A stretch of DNA of 64,000 nt from Camelus dromedarius (taxonomy: Eukaryota). The position numbers were made by a program, and so were the translations under genes. Numbering within the stretch: the stretch's first letter is position 1; each line of letters starts with the position of its first letter. Location: contig NC_087447.1 of NCBI RefSeq assembly GCF_036321535.1, positions 46,502,001 through 46,566,000 of the forward strand, in the 5' to 3' direction. The notes beneath the pieces were generated by a model. It was given only the letters and a program-made list of their open reading frames with translations, had not been told where the DNA came from and did not search any database. Shown piece by piece: positions 1 to 13,335 of this stretch.

Positions 1-1227
1 AGTTTTGAAGCAGAATGAAATCGTGAGATTTATTACCCTCCTCTCAAAAAATCTGTATCTTTCCCCAAAACTGTCCTTCATCAGAATGCTGTCTAGTTTT
101 CCTTTCACAGTCAGGAAACATTGAAGGCAGGGAGGGACTATGTCCTATTCATTTTTGCTCACATTATATACAGTGGCATCAGTAAGAATTTATTCAAAGA
201 ATACTACCCTAAATGAGGAGTTCCAGAAATGTTCTGAACGTGGGCCTCCGAACAGTAACAACAATCTTCCTAGACAAATACAGAGCTCAGGTGGAGGTTA
301 GCTTCTGAAATGCCTGTTCAAAAATTGGCATTCCTCTGTTAGGCATACCTCAGATCTTAGGATGTTTCTGTCACTCTCATATAAACTAGAGAAATTTGGA
401 GGCTGGACCCTGTCCCTTCATCCACTTACTTCCCCTACAGTAGAGCCCAGCACATGGTACAAAGCAGACACTCAGAAAAGACATCCTGAATGAAACAAAG
501 TTGAAGGCAAAAATGCTCTAATCTCTCAGTGTCCTCAAGAAGCTGCTGGAGCTCAGGAGGAAAGTTCTGAAACCGAGACACTTTGGAGGTAGAGTAGACT
601 ATTTGCAGAGGAACAGGGAAGGTCCCAGGAGAGGAAATGAGGCAGGTCTAGTGCACTCAGACTGTATCTTAGAAGACAAGATCCCAGAGGCTTAGGTGGA
701 GGGTGCTTAGTTATTGCCTGGTTGAGTTTCTAATTCCCAGACTAGAATACACTGGAGGGAAGATAAATTAATTTCCAAGAGATATATTCAAATCCTACAG
801 TTTGGGAAAGAAGGGATGACAGAGCTGGGGTTAAAGAAGTGTTCAGGAAAGTAGAATGTATGGGCTTTTTATTCCTGAAAATGAATGTATTTCCACACAC
901 ATTACAAACATGGTCACTTGCTGTGGTCCAGACTGCTGGGTAATAAAGGTGTGGCAAAGTGGCCCAAGATATGAGGCAGACAGACAAGTGCTAGCCTGCA
1001 AAGTGTGGAGAACAACACACTCCTACCCTTGCTGTGAAGGGAGCTCAGCCTCACCCAGCATGGCCACGTCTTGTTGCTAGAAAGGCCTGAGGCCAGCGAT
1101 GCTACAAGGGCCTTTTGTCTACAGGGAGGATGCCCTGACACAAGCCTGAGCATAGATCCTTGGCATGCAGGAACTCCTCCACCTGCACCCTACACTGCAG
1201 TAGAGACAGGCAGGAGTCACTCTAGAC

Positions 1228-1440
1228 CGGGATTCTCAGCCTCTGCACCACTGACCCTTTGGACAGGCAAACTCTTTTTTGTAGGGGGCTGTCCTATGCA
1301 TTATAGGACGTTGAACAATATCCCTGGCATCTACCCACCAGATGCCAGTAGCATGCTGCCAGTCACGACAATCAAAAATGTCTCCAGATACTGCCAAATG
1401 TTCCCTGGGGAATAAGACTGCCCACAGCTGAGAACTACTG
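1228..1440 (-). mobile_element. MER20 hAT-Charlie non-autonomous DNA transposon
   Basis: Recognisable MER20 body (cagatgccagtagca...aaaaatgtctccagatactgccaaatgt...ctgagaactactg) with ctctagac/ttctaaac hAT-type flanks. Confidence 0.8.
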
Positions 1441-3954
1441 TTCTAAACACTACATTAAGTGAGGCAGAGGGTCTATAAGGTGACCACTGCACTCCAATGA
1501 GGATGGACTTTGAACACAGTCAGCTCCTATATAGCTAAGTTATAGGAGAAAGGATAGTGGTTTCAGCATATCAGGACAAATCTCAAGGCAGCTGTTCTTT
1601 GGTTTTTGTGCTTCAAATATCATTCTGCTACCTAAGCAGATGCCCTACCTAGGTAAGGCTTGGTAGCATGGTGTTGCCCACTCAGAGTCATTGCAGTCTG
1701 AATAAAGTAAGCTAAGATGAGTGGCATCCTTGTCAGAGAGCAACCCTGTGTCCCAGCATGAAGATCTCATTCAATAATCAAAGTGAGATATCAGGGGCCC
1801 TTGTCCCCAAGGTTCAAGTACCTAAAAGTTAAAAGTCTTGTTCTGCTTTCTCATTCCAAAAGAGAAAAAGGAAGAATCCCTGGGCCAAAGTAAGGAAGAA
1901 GGTAACAGCAAGTACAGAGAGCTATGGCTGTTAGTGAAAGGAGACAGAATGGCAAAGAGAACTTAGCACACATACAGGCTCCAAATGAGTCAGATGACCA
2001 AATCCCAGGAGGACATGCAAGGGACAGTCTTCTAAAGTCATGATTCTCTCATTCCCCTAAGCCTGTCCATGTGGCTCCTAGAGATACCAAAGACTACTTC
2101 TCTGGGCAAAATGAAAAACAATACCACACAGAATTGGAGACAGCCAATCCCTGGAGTTCTCCTCAACAAATAGTCCTTCGTAAAAGAAATGCACAGGATG
2201 ACTAACTTTGTAGCCTCCAACTTTTTTAATGACAAAATCCATCTGTAACAAAAATTTTGAGCACACATTGCCAATACATGAATAACTGTTTGTAAATTAA
2301 ATACATGTACTGACATTAGGTATACTGTAAAACATACATAAAAATTAAAGAATGAGATAAAAAATAAGTGCAATATAAATACAAGCTCTTGTATTTTCTT
2401 GTGGCACCCCAGTTGATAGTCTTGTGTAGTTAGAAAACACCGGACTAACAGTCTAACTCATCCCAACACAGATGACCTGAATTGTCACAGCTTTATTCTA
2501 GATTCTGCCTCTGTTGTAGCCTTTAACTTCTCATTCTTCTTCTAGAATCAGTATCTTGCACTATTTACTTATTCATCCCTGAACATTGCTCTCAGACTTC
2601 TAGGTCTTTGCCATTTCCAGAAAAGCTCTTTTCCCTCTTCCTGGCCTGCTAAACACCAACTAATCCTTAAAACCTAGCTCTACCTCTTCACTTGTTGAAA
2701 CTCTTGGGGGCCCATTTCAAAATGCCATCTTCAAAAACCTTCAAAGTACGTACTAGCTCTCCCATCTCTGCTTACCCAGCACTTTTTTTATACATACTTC
2801 TTTCATAACGTGTGTGTTACATTGTTATAATTTAGTCACACATCTCTCTTTTCCATTAAGCTATAAGCATTTAATAAGCAACGTATCCTCCATTATCTAA
2901 CACAGGGCCAGGTCACTCTAAGCAGTCTGTAAAGCTTACCTAATAGACAAAAGAACTGATATAAGTGAATGAATGAACAAATGATGTCAATCTGTAGGTC
3001 CTGGATCACTTGTACATTTCAGCAGTATGTACATTATGTTTTCTCACACACAGTATCACTCTTCCCCATCGATTTCTTGTAACATTAAAGGGGGGAACTA
3101 TTTTTTAAAGCACTTATCTTGTGTGTATCAGCAGAGAAACCCAGAAATTGATGTTCAGTTAGTTTCTCAGATAACAAAGATATATCCTGGCCTCCACACT
3201 ATGTTTCATAGATAGGAAGGGGCCTTTTCCATTAGAGAAAGATTGTTATATAAAATGAGTAAAAATATTTATTTGTTCTGAAATAACCACAAAAGGCAAA
3301 GTTATTCAGGATATCCAAATCCCTGGGCATTTTAGAACACTGGATTTTTTATTGCAGAATATATTAGAAAAAGCATTAGATTTAAAGCTGGGAGATCTTG
3401 ATTTCTACTCTATGTGCTATGGACCAGAATGGGTAAATCACTTGACCTTTCTGAACCTCAATTTTCCCTTCTATAAAGTATTCATCCAGTTATTCCAAAC
3501 ATACATTTTGTACTGCTTTGTGCCAGGCACTGGGAACAGAGCAGTGACAGAGACAGAAATCCTTATACTCACATAGCTTATAATCTAGCAACATCTATCT
3601 CCCAGAGTTGTTGTAGTAAATGAGTTCATATGTTTGAAAATGCCTAAGATTTAATACAAACTCAGTAGTAATTGTTTCTTCATATGTCTATATTCATTAA
3701 AAAAGGGGTAGATGTTAAGGACTGGTCAGAATCTGGATGGACAGAGATGTGGACCCACCAGAGGAAAGAAACATGGGCAAAGACACAGAACTATAAAGTA
3801 TGGAACCTGTTCAGAGCACTCTGACTTCAGTTTGTCAGGAGACCATGGGTTACACATAGGGGCAAGGAGAGTGAGGTACTGCTGTGGCCAAATGATAAAA
3901 GTCCTTGAAAGCAGGTGGTCTGAAACTCTAAAATCACTTATTCTTTGTGGGGAA

Positions 3955-4290
3955 ATAATTTATTGAGCAACAACTACCTGCCAGGCACCACTCTAGAAGC
4001 TCAGGATATAACAGTGCACAAAATAGAGTCACATATACCTGGTACTTACGTTATGGTGGAGAGAGACAAACTAAAATGCTATAACAAATAATTATATGTT
4101 GGATAGTGATAAATACAATTAAGGAAAATACAGAAGAGTAAGAGGATGAAGAGTAGTGCTATAACAGACCAGTTCAGGGAAGGGCCCTCTGATGAGGTAG
4201 CAGTTGAGGAGAAAATGAAATGAAGTTATGAGCCATGTGGAAACTTGGGGGAAAGGCATTCCAGGCAGATGGAACAGTATTATACCCTAG
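3955..4290 (-). mobile_element. L2 LINE 3' fragment
   Basis: atttattgagcaacaactacctgccaggcacc...cagggaagggccctctgatgagg...attccaggcaga motifs typical of L2. Confidence 0.6.
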
Positions 4291-4568
4291 GACATGAGCT
4301 ATGGTGATACCTCCAGGAATACGTCAGAACAGATCCTTGGCCTTGGCCAATGCTTTTTCTCGTCAGAGAAAGAATAAGCAGTAAGAAATGGGTTCCTGAA
4401 TCAGTATATCTTTCCCCTAATGGGTCGGTAGTGCCTCCAGGTAAAGTTTTCACTTATTTTTGTGGTTTTGAACTTATACGTCAAGAACTATGTCTGGCAG
4501 GAAGGTTATCAGTACCTTCTTCCTTCTTTGCCTCTCTTTCACACAGCTGTTAGTCACTCAGTTGGTCA

Positions 4569-4603
4569 TTTGGTCAGCCTTTTGGTCAGCCTTTTGGTCA
4601 GCC
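4569..4603. repeat. Short tandem repeat, ~3 x 12 bp (tttggtcagcct)
   Basis: tttggtcagccttttggtcagccttttggtcagcc seen directly. Confidence 0.8.
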
Positions 4604-4604
4604 A

Positions 4605-4840
4605 GACAGAGCACAGAGGCTAAGAATTTGGACTTTGGAACCAAGTCCCTTTGTTTGAATTTGAGATCTGCCACTTACTAGATGTAAGACCATCATTAAG
4701 TTGCTTAACCTTTCTGTGCCTCATTCTGTCACCTATAAAATGGTGAGAATTAGAGTTCTCACATCATAAGAATGTAGTGAAGATATGAGAAGCTCCTAGC
4801 ATACAGTAAGTGCTAAACAAATACTAGCTATTATTATTAT
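4605..4840 (+). mobile_element. MIR SINE
   Basis: MIR core: ctgccacttactagatg...ttgcttaacctttctgtgcctcattctgtcacctataaaatgg...tagctattatt. Many other MIRs occur in the window and are not all listed. Confidence 0.7.
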
Positions 4841-6741
4841 CACCATTCATTCACTCACTAAGCTTTCATTGGCTTTACTCTAGTAGGTCCTTGGTTAGTT
4901 ACTAGATACAGAGATCAATATGGACTATCTCTATCGTCAAGGGTTCTCTTCTAGAAAAGGAGGCATACAGGAAATTAAGTAAGTATAATACAGTGTGATA
5001 AATGGAAGGCAGGAGGGGGACAGATATATTGGATGATGTGGGGACACAGAGAAAGGAGTGACTGTAAAAAGGCATCACAAAGCCTAGCTTCTGATAAGCT
5101 CTGTGATAAGCTTTGTGGCTACTTAGAGAGCACTCCAAGACACCTACAGAATCTTACAAAGTGCCCCACCCTAAAGATAGTTTGTGGCCTAGACCTGTGG
5201 TTTGTCTGAGTGGTTTCCCTCTGGCTCTGACTAGCAGTTTGTCATCTGAGTCCAGAATGAAGCAGACATCATGTTAGTTTTCTAACATGGTATCAATACC
5301 AAACCCTAAGCCATCATTGAAAAAAGAATCTGGCCCTTTCACCTATGTCTCATATTATAGGCCCACTATGCTACTTGGAAAAAACCAGGTCTCCCAGACC
5401 CCAACAGGACATACCAGTGAAATCATCTATAAAGCAACTACATGGCCTTCAGAGACCAGGTTAGAGAAACACTAGCTAGCAGCACGGCTGCAGAGTAGTA
5501 AAAGAACCTAGAGTTTGGAATACCGAATGAGGCAGACAACTTGTAGAAGATCATACAATGGCAGACCCAAGGACAAACCTTGTCTTCCACATCCTTGCTC
5601 TGGGCCAGGTCCTGTGCTAAGTGTGCTAAAGGGAGCACATGGTTGCGATTAGTGTGCTAAGTGCTGTGATAAGATAAGCGTAAAGAGGCTGTGGGACCAC
5701 AGAAGGCTCCTAACCTAGCTTGTGGTTTTCAGGGAAGTTATCCTAAAGAAGGAGATACTTCAGTTGAGTCTTAATTATCAAATAGGATTTAACCAGATCA
5801 ACAAAGGAGGAATAACAGAGAGAACAGTACATGTGAAATCATCAAAGGATGAAAGAGAATGACATATAACTGCAGATAGCTACAGATAAATCAGTGCAGC
5901 TACAGAGAAGGAATGTGATAAAGAGTAGTAGAAAATATGAAATAAGCATGAGCCTGGTATGCTAAAGTAATCTAGCAAAATGCCTGGTATGTAGAAGGCA
6001 CTCAGTTAATTTTTCTTTAAATAGAGGCATGTTTGCACAAATTATAGGAGAGAAACAGTACCCTTTGGGGCCAATACTACAGATGTCAGTAAGGAATGAC
6101 AATACTAAATTATAAAGAAACCCTCAGAAAACAAAAAAAGATCACCAGATTTCTATTTATATGCATATTGATCTTTTTTTCCTAAATGAGGTAATTCATT
6201 TTGAGATTACAAATAGACACTTAATTTTAATGCATCTGACTATAATGCCTCATAGATAATGATGAACAAAATCAATGTCTTTTTCTATGATAATTTCTTT
6301 CATCAACAACTACCAAGCTTTTAGTACTTTATTTTCTTGAGTTCCAAATGAGACAGCAGTTGTGATGTAAACTAAATGCTAGTTCTACACAAATTGTTAC
6401 CTGACCAATTGAAAAACCAATATTTATCTTTTCAAAATAACATGATTACTATATATGACCACACAGAAATTTACTTGTAATATTTTTAGCAATATCTTTA
6501 TTTGCCCATGTTCCATTTAAGAATATTTCTTTCACCCAGAAATTTGGTGTCCTACCATGTTTGTTTCATTATTTTAAAAAAATGGAGAGCCACTGAAAAA
6601 TGTAAGCAGAGATACGGTCAGACATTTATTTTAGAAAGATCTCTCTGGAACTAACTGAAAGACAGACTGCAGTAGAGCTAGACTGGGCCAAGAAGAACAG
6701 TGTGAATGCATTCAAGCAAAGCAGAAGATGATTAAGTTGAG

Positions 6742-9700
6742 ACTTCTGCTACAAGTCAAAATGAAGTAACAGGGATGGAATTTACCCTCCCTCCTGAAAC
6801 AACCAAAAACAAAACAAAACAAAATATATGAAACAATGATTTTCAAGACGCTGGACAACAGCCCACAGTAGACAATGCTCTTCGAGAGATGGTAAACAAA
6901 CGAGGTAAATCATACAATTGCCCCCGCTTATGGCTATGAGAAAATTTCCAGGCCACAGTACAGAGAGTGAAACTAAGGTTGAGAAGGCAGAAATGTAAAT
7001 ACATTCTTGGAAGGTTCTTATACTATATGTGACAAGGTATAATAATATCGCTTGAAAATAGGCTGTGATAAGTTAAAGATATATATTTTACCACCTAAAG
7101 CAACCACTAAAATAACAAAACAAAGAGTTAAGCCAACAAAGAAGATACAATGGAATCATAAAAAATACTCATTAATTCAAATCAAAAGAAGGCAGAAAAA
7201 GATGAAAAGGAAACAAAGAATAGATGGGAAAAACAGAAAGAAAAAAAAGAAGATAATGGACTCAAATCTAACCATATTAATAAGCATATTAAATGTAAGT
7301 GGTCTGAACATCCCAATTAAAAGGCAGAGATTGTCAGACTGGGGAAAAAAAACAGTCCAACCACATGCTGTTTACAAGAAATACACTTTAAATGGAAAAA
7401 CACAAATAGGTTAAAAATAAATAGATGGAAAAAGATATACCAAACCAGAAGCACTCAAAAGAAAGCTATGTTAATATCAAAGTAGACTTTAAAGCAAAGA
7501 ATATTACTAGGGATAAAGAAGGTCATTTCATAAAAATAAAGAGGTCAGTTCATCAAGAAGACATTATAATCCTACATCTGTCTGCACCTAGTGAACAGAC
7601 CTTCAAAACACATGAAGCAAAAACTCACAGAATTGATTGCAAGGAGAAATAGGTAAAATCTACAATTATAGTTGGAAGTTTAAATACTTCTCTTTCATTA
7701 ATTGATAGAACAAGTAGGCAGAAACTCAGCAAAGATACAGTAAACTTGAACAATACCAGCAATCAACATGGCCTGATTGACACCTCTAGAACACTCTATC
7801 CAACAAATGTCAAGGGCACGTGGAATATTTACCAAGATAGATCATGTTTGGGTACATTGAAAGGAAGTCTTAAAATATTTTAAAGGATTCCAGTCATACA
7901 AAGTATGTCCTCAAATCACAATGGAATTAAATTGTTAATCAATAACAGAAAAGTCTCTGGAAAATCCCCCAGTATTTGGAAACTAAATAACTTGCTTCTC
8001 AATAATTCATGAATCAAAGATATCAAAAAGGAAATAGAAAGTATTTTGAACTGAATGAAAATAAAAATAAAATATATCATCTAACATAGTGAAGAACCAA
8101 TACTAAAATATAAAATATACAAGAGATTTCAGAAGTATGAATTTCTAGGGTGAAGATAATCCCAAAAGTTGGAATATATTAAGAGATGCTAAGTTTTTGA
8201 AGACGATCTCAGACAAAAAAAAAAAAGTGAGGAAAAGCATTTACCATCAGTTGTGTTTTCATTTTACATATTTTTATTCTGTCTATGCTACCAATAAATC
8301 AGATGGAAAAAAAAAACAGAAAAACACAACATACTAGAATTTGTGAAATGCTGTTAAAACAGGGCTTAGTGGAAATTTAGAGCATTAAATGCCTATAGTA
8401 GAAAAAAAGAAAGGTCTCAAATCAATGACTTTAGCTTCTACCTTAAAAAACTAAAAAAAGAGTAAATTAAACCCAAAGTAAGCAGAATAAAGAAATAAAG
8501 TTCAAAGTAAAAGTCAATGAAATAGACAACAATGGAGAAAATCCTTGAAACCAAACATTGGTTCTTTGAGAAGATAAATAAAATTAATAAACATCTAACA
8601 AGACAGTAAAAAAAAAGAAAGCACAGATTACCAATATCAGGAATGAGACATTACAGATTTAAGATATATTAAAAGAATAATAAAGGAATGTTATAAGTAA
8701 ATGTATGCCAGTAAATTTGACAACTTGATGAGATGGACAAATTCCTTAAAGACACAAACTACAAAAGCTCACTAAAGAAGAAGTAAACAACCTGAATACC
8801 TATTAAAGAAGTTGAATCCATAGATTAAAAAAGAAAAAAAGAAAAAACCTTCCCACAAGGAAAATTTCAGGTTCATATGGCTAAAGGAAAAATACACCAA
8901 TTCTATGTGAAGTCTGAAAAACTGAAGAATACTTTCCAACTCATTCTATGAGGCCAGCATTATCCTGACATCAATTTTAAAAGAAAAAGATATTACAAGA
9001 AAAGAAAATGTCAAACCAATATCCCTCATTAACAAAGATGCAAATTCTTTAAACAGAATTTTAGCAAATAGAAAACACAGAAAATAAACCAGTGGTTACC
9101 AAAGGGGAGAAGGGAGGAGAGAGAGACAAATTAGGGGTATAGTACTAAGAGATACAAACTACTATGTATAAAAATAGATAAGCAATGAGGATATATTATA
9201 TAGCACAGAGAACTATAGCTATTATCTTGTAATAACTTCTAATGGAGAATCATCTATAAAAATACTGAATCATTATGCTGTATACCTGAAGCTAATATAA
9301 TCAAATATACTTCAATAAAAAATTTTAATAGAAAAATAAAAATACAAATTTTTGCAAATAAAATCCAAACATATAGTAAGAAGATGACCAACTGGGATTT
9401 ATCCCAAGAATGCAGAGTTAAACATTGAAAATCAATCAAAATAATTCATCATGTTAGCAAACAAATATAGAAAAACCAGGCAATCACCTCAATAGACATA
9501 GAAAATTCATTTAATAAAATCCATCTCATCCATTCTTGATCAAAGCTCTCAGCAAACTAGGAATAGAAGGTAGCTTCCTTGATCTGACAAAGGGCTTTTA
9601 CCAAAAACCCATAGCTACTGTTATATTTAATGGTGAAAGGTTGCATGCTTTCCCTTTAATATCAGAAACAAGACAAAGATATCTGCTCTTACCACTTCTC

Positions 9701-11720
9701 TTCAACACTGTACTGGAGATCCTAACCAGGGCAATGGGACAAGAAAAAGATTTTTAAAAGGCATCCAGGTTGGAAAAGAAAAAGTTAAACTTTTCTTTTT
9801 ACTAGCACATATGGTTCTCTAAAGTTGAAAACCTGATGGTATCCTACTAATAAGTTAGTTTAGCAAGGTTGCAGAATACAAGATCAATATATAAAAATCA
9901 ATTATATTTCTACATAAAGCAATCAGGAATTAAATTCTTTAAATACCACTTAATAGAAAATTTACGTTATGTATATTTTTCCACAATTAAAAAATATACT
10001 ATTATTCTAGCATCAAATCATATGAAATATTTAGAGATAATTCTGACAAAAGATATGAAAGACCTATAAACTGAAAGGTACAAAACATTACTGAGAGAAA
10101 GTATATCTCCTAAATAAACTTAGAGATATATCATGTCCATAGGTCAGAAAACTCAGTATTGTTGTCAGCTCTCTTAAACTATCTATAGATTTGATGATAC
10201 CTCAGTCAAAATCCCAGTAGGTTTTTTTGTAGAAACTGACAAGCTGATTAAAGGACAAACAGCCAAAACAACTTTGAAAAAGAAAAACAAAGTTGGAGGG
10301 CTAACACTACCTGACTAAAAGAATTATTATAAGACTACTATAATCAAAATAGCATGGTACTGACATAAAGACAGACAAATAGATCAGGTCAAAATAGAGA
10401 GTCCATAAATAAACCCATGTTTATACGGACAACTGATTTTTTGACAAAAGGTACAAGACAATGCAGCAGAGAAAGAATAGAATTTTCAACAAATGGTTCT
10501 AGAACAACTGGGATATCCATAAGCATAAAAAAGAACTAAAATCCATATATAGTGCCATATATAAAATAGATCATAGGCCTAAATGTAAAATCTAAAACTA
10601 TAAAACCTCTAGAAAGGACATAAGAGAAAGTGTTTATGTAATCTTGGGTTAGGCAAAGATTTCTTATATATGATACCAAAATCATGATCCATAAAAGAAT
10701 AAACTGATAAACTGGACTTCAGAAAAATTAAAACTTTCTGTCCTTTAAAAGACACTGTTAAGCAGATATGACTAGCCACAGACTGTGAGAAAATCTTTGC
10801 AAAGCATATATCTCATAAAGGATTTATATCCAAAATATATAAAGAACTTTCAAAACTCAACAATAAGAAAACAAACAACTCAATAAAAAAATAGACATAA
10901 GTCATAGATAATCCACCAAAGAAGATATATGAATGACAACTTCAGCACATGGAAAGATGCCCAATATCATTAGTCATCAGGTAAATGCAAAATAAAACCA
11001 CTGAGAGCACTACACTATTAGAGTGGCTAAAATTAAAAGACTGACAATACCAAGTGTTGACAAGGATGTGGATGAATTGAAAGTTTTACACACTGCTGGT
11101 GGGAATGTACAATGTGATAAAACTACTTTGAAAACAGTTTGACAGTTTCTTAAAAACATATACCTACCATATGATCTAGCCATTCTACTCCTAGATATTT
11201 ACCTAAGAGAAAAGAAATGTCTATAGAAAGACTTGTACATGAATAATCATAGAAGCTTTATTTGTGTAACCAAAAACTGGAAATAATTCAAATGTCTGTC
11301 AGCAGGTGAATGGATAAATAAATTGTGATATATCTAGACAATGGACTACTACTCAGCCATAAAAAATAAATAAAATATTTATATATGAAATAATGTGAAT
11401 AAATCTCAAAATAATTATGCCAAATGAAAGAAGCCAAGTTTTTTTTAAAAAATAGATATTATATGATTCCATGTACATAAAACTCTATAAAATGCAAGCT
11501 AGCATGTAATGCCTGAAAGCAGATAAGTAGTTGCCTGAGGGGTATGAAAGGAGAGATCACAAAGGGCTGTGAGAAAAATTTCAGGAGTGATAAATATATT
11601 CAATATCTTGACTGTGGTGACAGTCTCACAGTTGTATACATGTGCCAAAACTTTAAAAACTGTACATTTTAAATATTTATACCTTATTTTATTGTCAATT
11701 ACAACTCAATAAATATCTTT
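6742..11720 (+). mobile_element. Ancient L1 (L1MD/L1MC-like): 5' end, degenerate ORF2 and 3'UTR, with nested inserts
   Basis: ORF2 endonuclease remnants (ISILNVSGLNIPIKRQRLSDW; TRDKEGHFIKIKRSVHQEDI) and RT remnants (FNGERLHAFPLISETRQRYLLLPLLFNTVLEIL). L1M-type 3'UTR ends ctcaataaa at ~11710. Confidence 0.85.
9071..9345 (+). mobile_element. Younger L1 3' end (L1MA9/artiodactyl-type) nested in the older L1
   Basis: gtggttaccaaagggg...gagatacaaactactatgtataaaa...tatacttcaataaaaa, with approximate TSD attttagcaaata / atttttgcaaata. Confidence 0.75.
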
Positions 11721-12759
11721 CAAAAGAGGAAGTTGAGCTAAAACATTATCAAAGGAGATGCACATAAAATATATTAAAGAGGTAAATCCTCAGGACTTGG
11801 GGAAAGAAATAGGTGAAAGAAGCTCAGTTTTCTTTATTAAATGGGGATACAAGTAAGACATTTTATCCTCAAGTAGCTATCTAATATAAATAGAAAATGC
11901 ATGTAATAAGTTAATTTTTTTCAGGTAACAAAAAACCACCAGTGTTGATGCAGTAATTTAACACTTATCACAGTCATTTTGTATTTATATCTGAAAGAAT
12001 GTAAGAGAAAGAAAAAGCCAATTGTATCTTTTTCTCCAAAAATGTAGCAACAAGACTAAATGACTCGAAGATTCACTTAGCAAAGTAATTTTTAAATAAC
12101 TAAAAGAACAGAATAAACAGATCTCTCATTGGGTTTATGTAAAAGCAAAATGGGGATGCCAACTCTTTTACATTGATCTGACTTTTGAAATGGTTTAGAT
12201 GAAAGCCAATGCCACCTGGCCCTCTGTGTTATGTCAACAGAGAGGTCAGTTCTGCTGAAATTTCTCCCTAAAAGCCTCCTTGTTTTCCAGTACTGCTCTA
12301 CTGCTCCTACGAAAAACCCTGTTCTACAACAAACAGCATAGACGGAATACATCTATAAGCTTATCTCATTATTTCCAAAAGCAGAGTAGAAAATAAACAT
12401 TCTTCTCAAGATAAAGTTCAGAGTAACAGTAGAATATTAGGTTCTTAAAGTTTAGTTGGAATCATATTAGTTAGAATCAAAATTGATAATTAAGTTAATT
12501 TATGTTTTTGATCCATAAAAATGGGTAAAGAAATTATTACTTAAGAAATATACTCTGTTTGGCAGAAAGCATCTTTTTAAATCTCATGTCCAGGAAAGGG
12601 GAGAAAAAACAGTAATAATGCACTCTGTTTAGAAGAATGGAAGCCATGCTTTAGAAGGGAAGCCTCTTAGGTCAGTGTCTCCCACCACCCCGCACTACAA
12701 AGGGCACTGTTACTGTTTCCACTGGCTCAAATGCACAAACAACAATTCTTTGTTATTCA

Positions 12760-13335
12760 TGATAAGCCCCTCAGATCACACTTAAGTTCATGCTACCTTG
12801 AGCCAGGTTATATCAGCCCAACCTCTGGGGAGAAGGAAGGGGCCTGAGACTGAGTTCAACCACATGGTCAATCAATCATGCCTATTTTATAGGAAACCCC
12901 AATAAAAACTCTGGACAATGAAGCTCAGTTGAGTTTTGTGGTTGGCAAACACACTGACAACTGATGTACCAGGAGAGTGACATGTCTTGATTCCATGGGG
13001 AGAGGACACAGAAGCTCCACATTCATGTCCCTGCAAGACCTTGCTGTATGGGTCTCTTCTTGTAGCTGGTCCTAATTTTTATCCTTTATAATAAAATTGA
13101 AAACATAAGCATAGCACTTCCCTGAATCCTGAGAGTCATTTAGCAAATTATTAAACCTGAGGGCATTGTGAGAACCCCTGATTTTACAGCCAGTTGCTCA
13201 GAACCCAGGTGGTCTGGGAATATCCAGAGCTTATGGATAGTTTGGTGTTTGAAGTGAGGGCAGTCTTGTTGGGTACTGTGCCCTTTTCTTGAGAAGTCTG
13301 CACTTAGCCTGGATAGTTAGTGACAGAACTGTGTT
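12760..13335 (+). mobile_element. MER21C-like solo LTR
   Basis: ctgagttcaaccacatggtcaatcaatcatgcc...ccccaataaaaactctggaca...gcaaattattaaacctgaggg...gtttgaagtgagggcagtcttg match MER21 family motifs. Confidence 0.7.

Noticed and set aside
4569..4603. Short direct repeats as a CRISPR-like array
   Set aside because: Head-to-tail 12-mers without spacers in mammalian DNA; simple slippage.
7052..10069. ORFs with endonuclease/RT motifs as an active retroelement or novel RT system
   Set aside because: Short broken frames of a heavily decayed L1 ORF2.
11900..12600. Unassigned AT-rich stretch with ORF 12092..12352
   Set aside because: No recognisable protein, splice pattern, tail or TSD; cannot be classified by eye.
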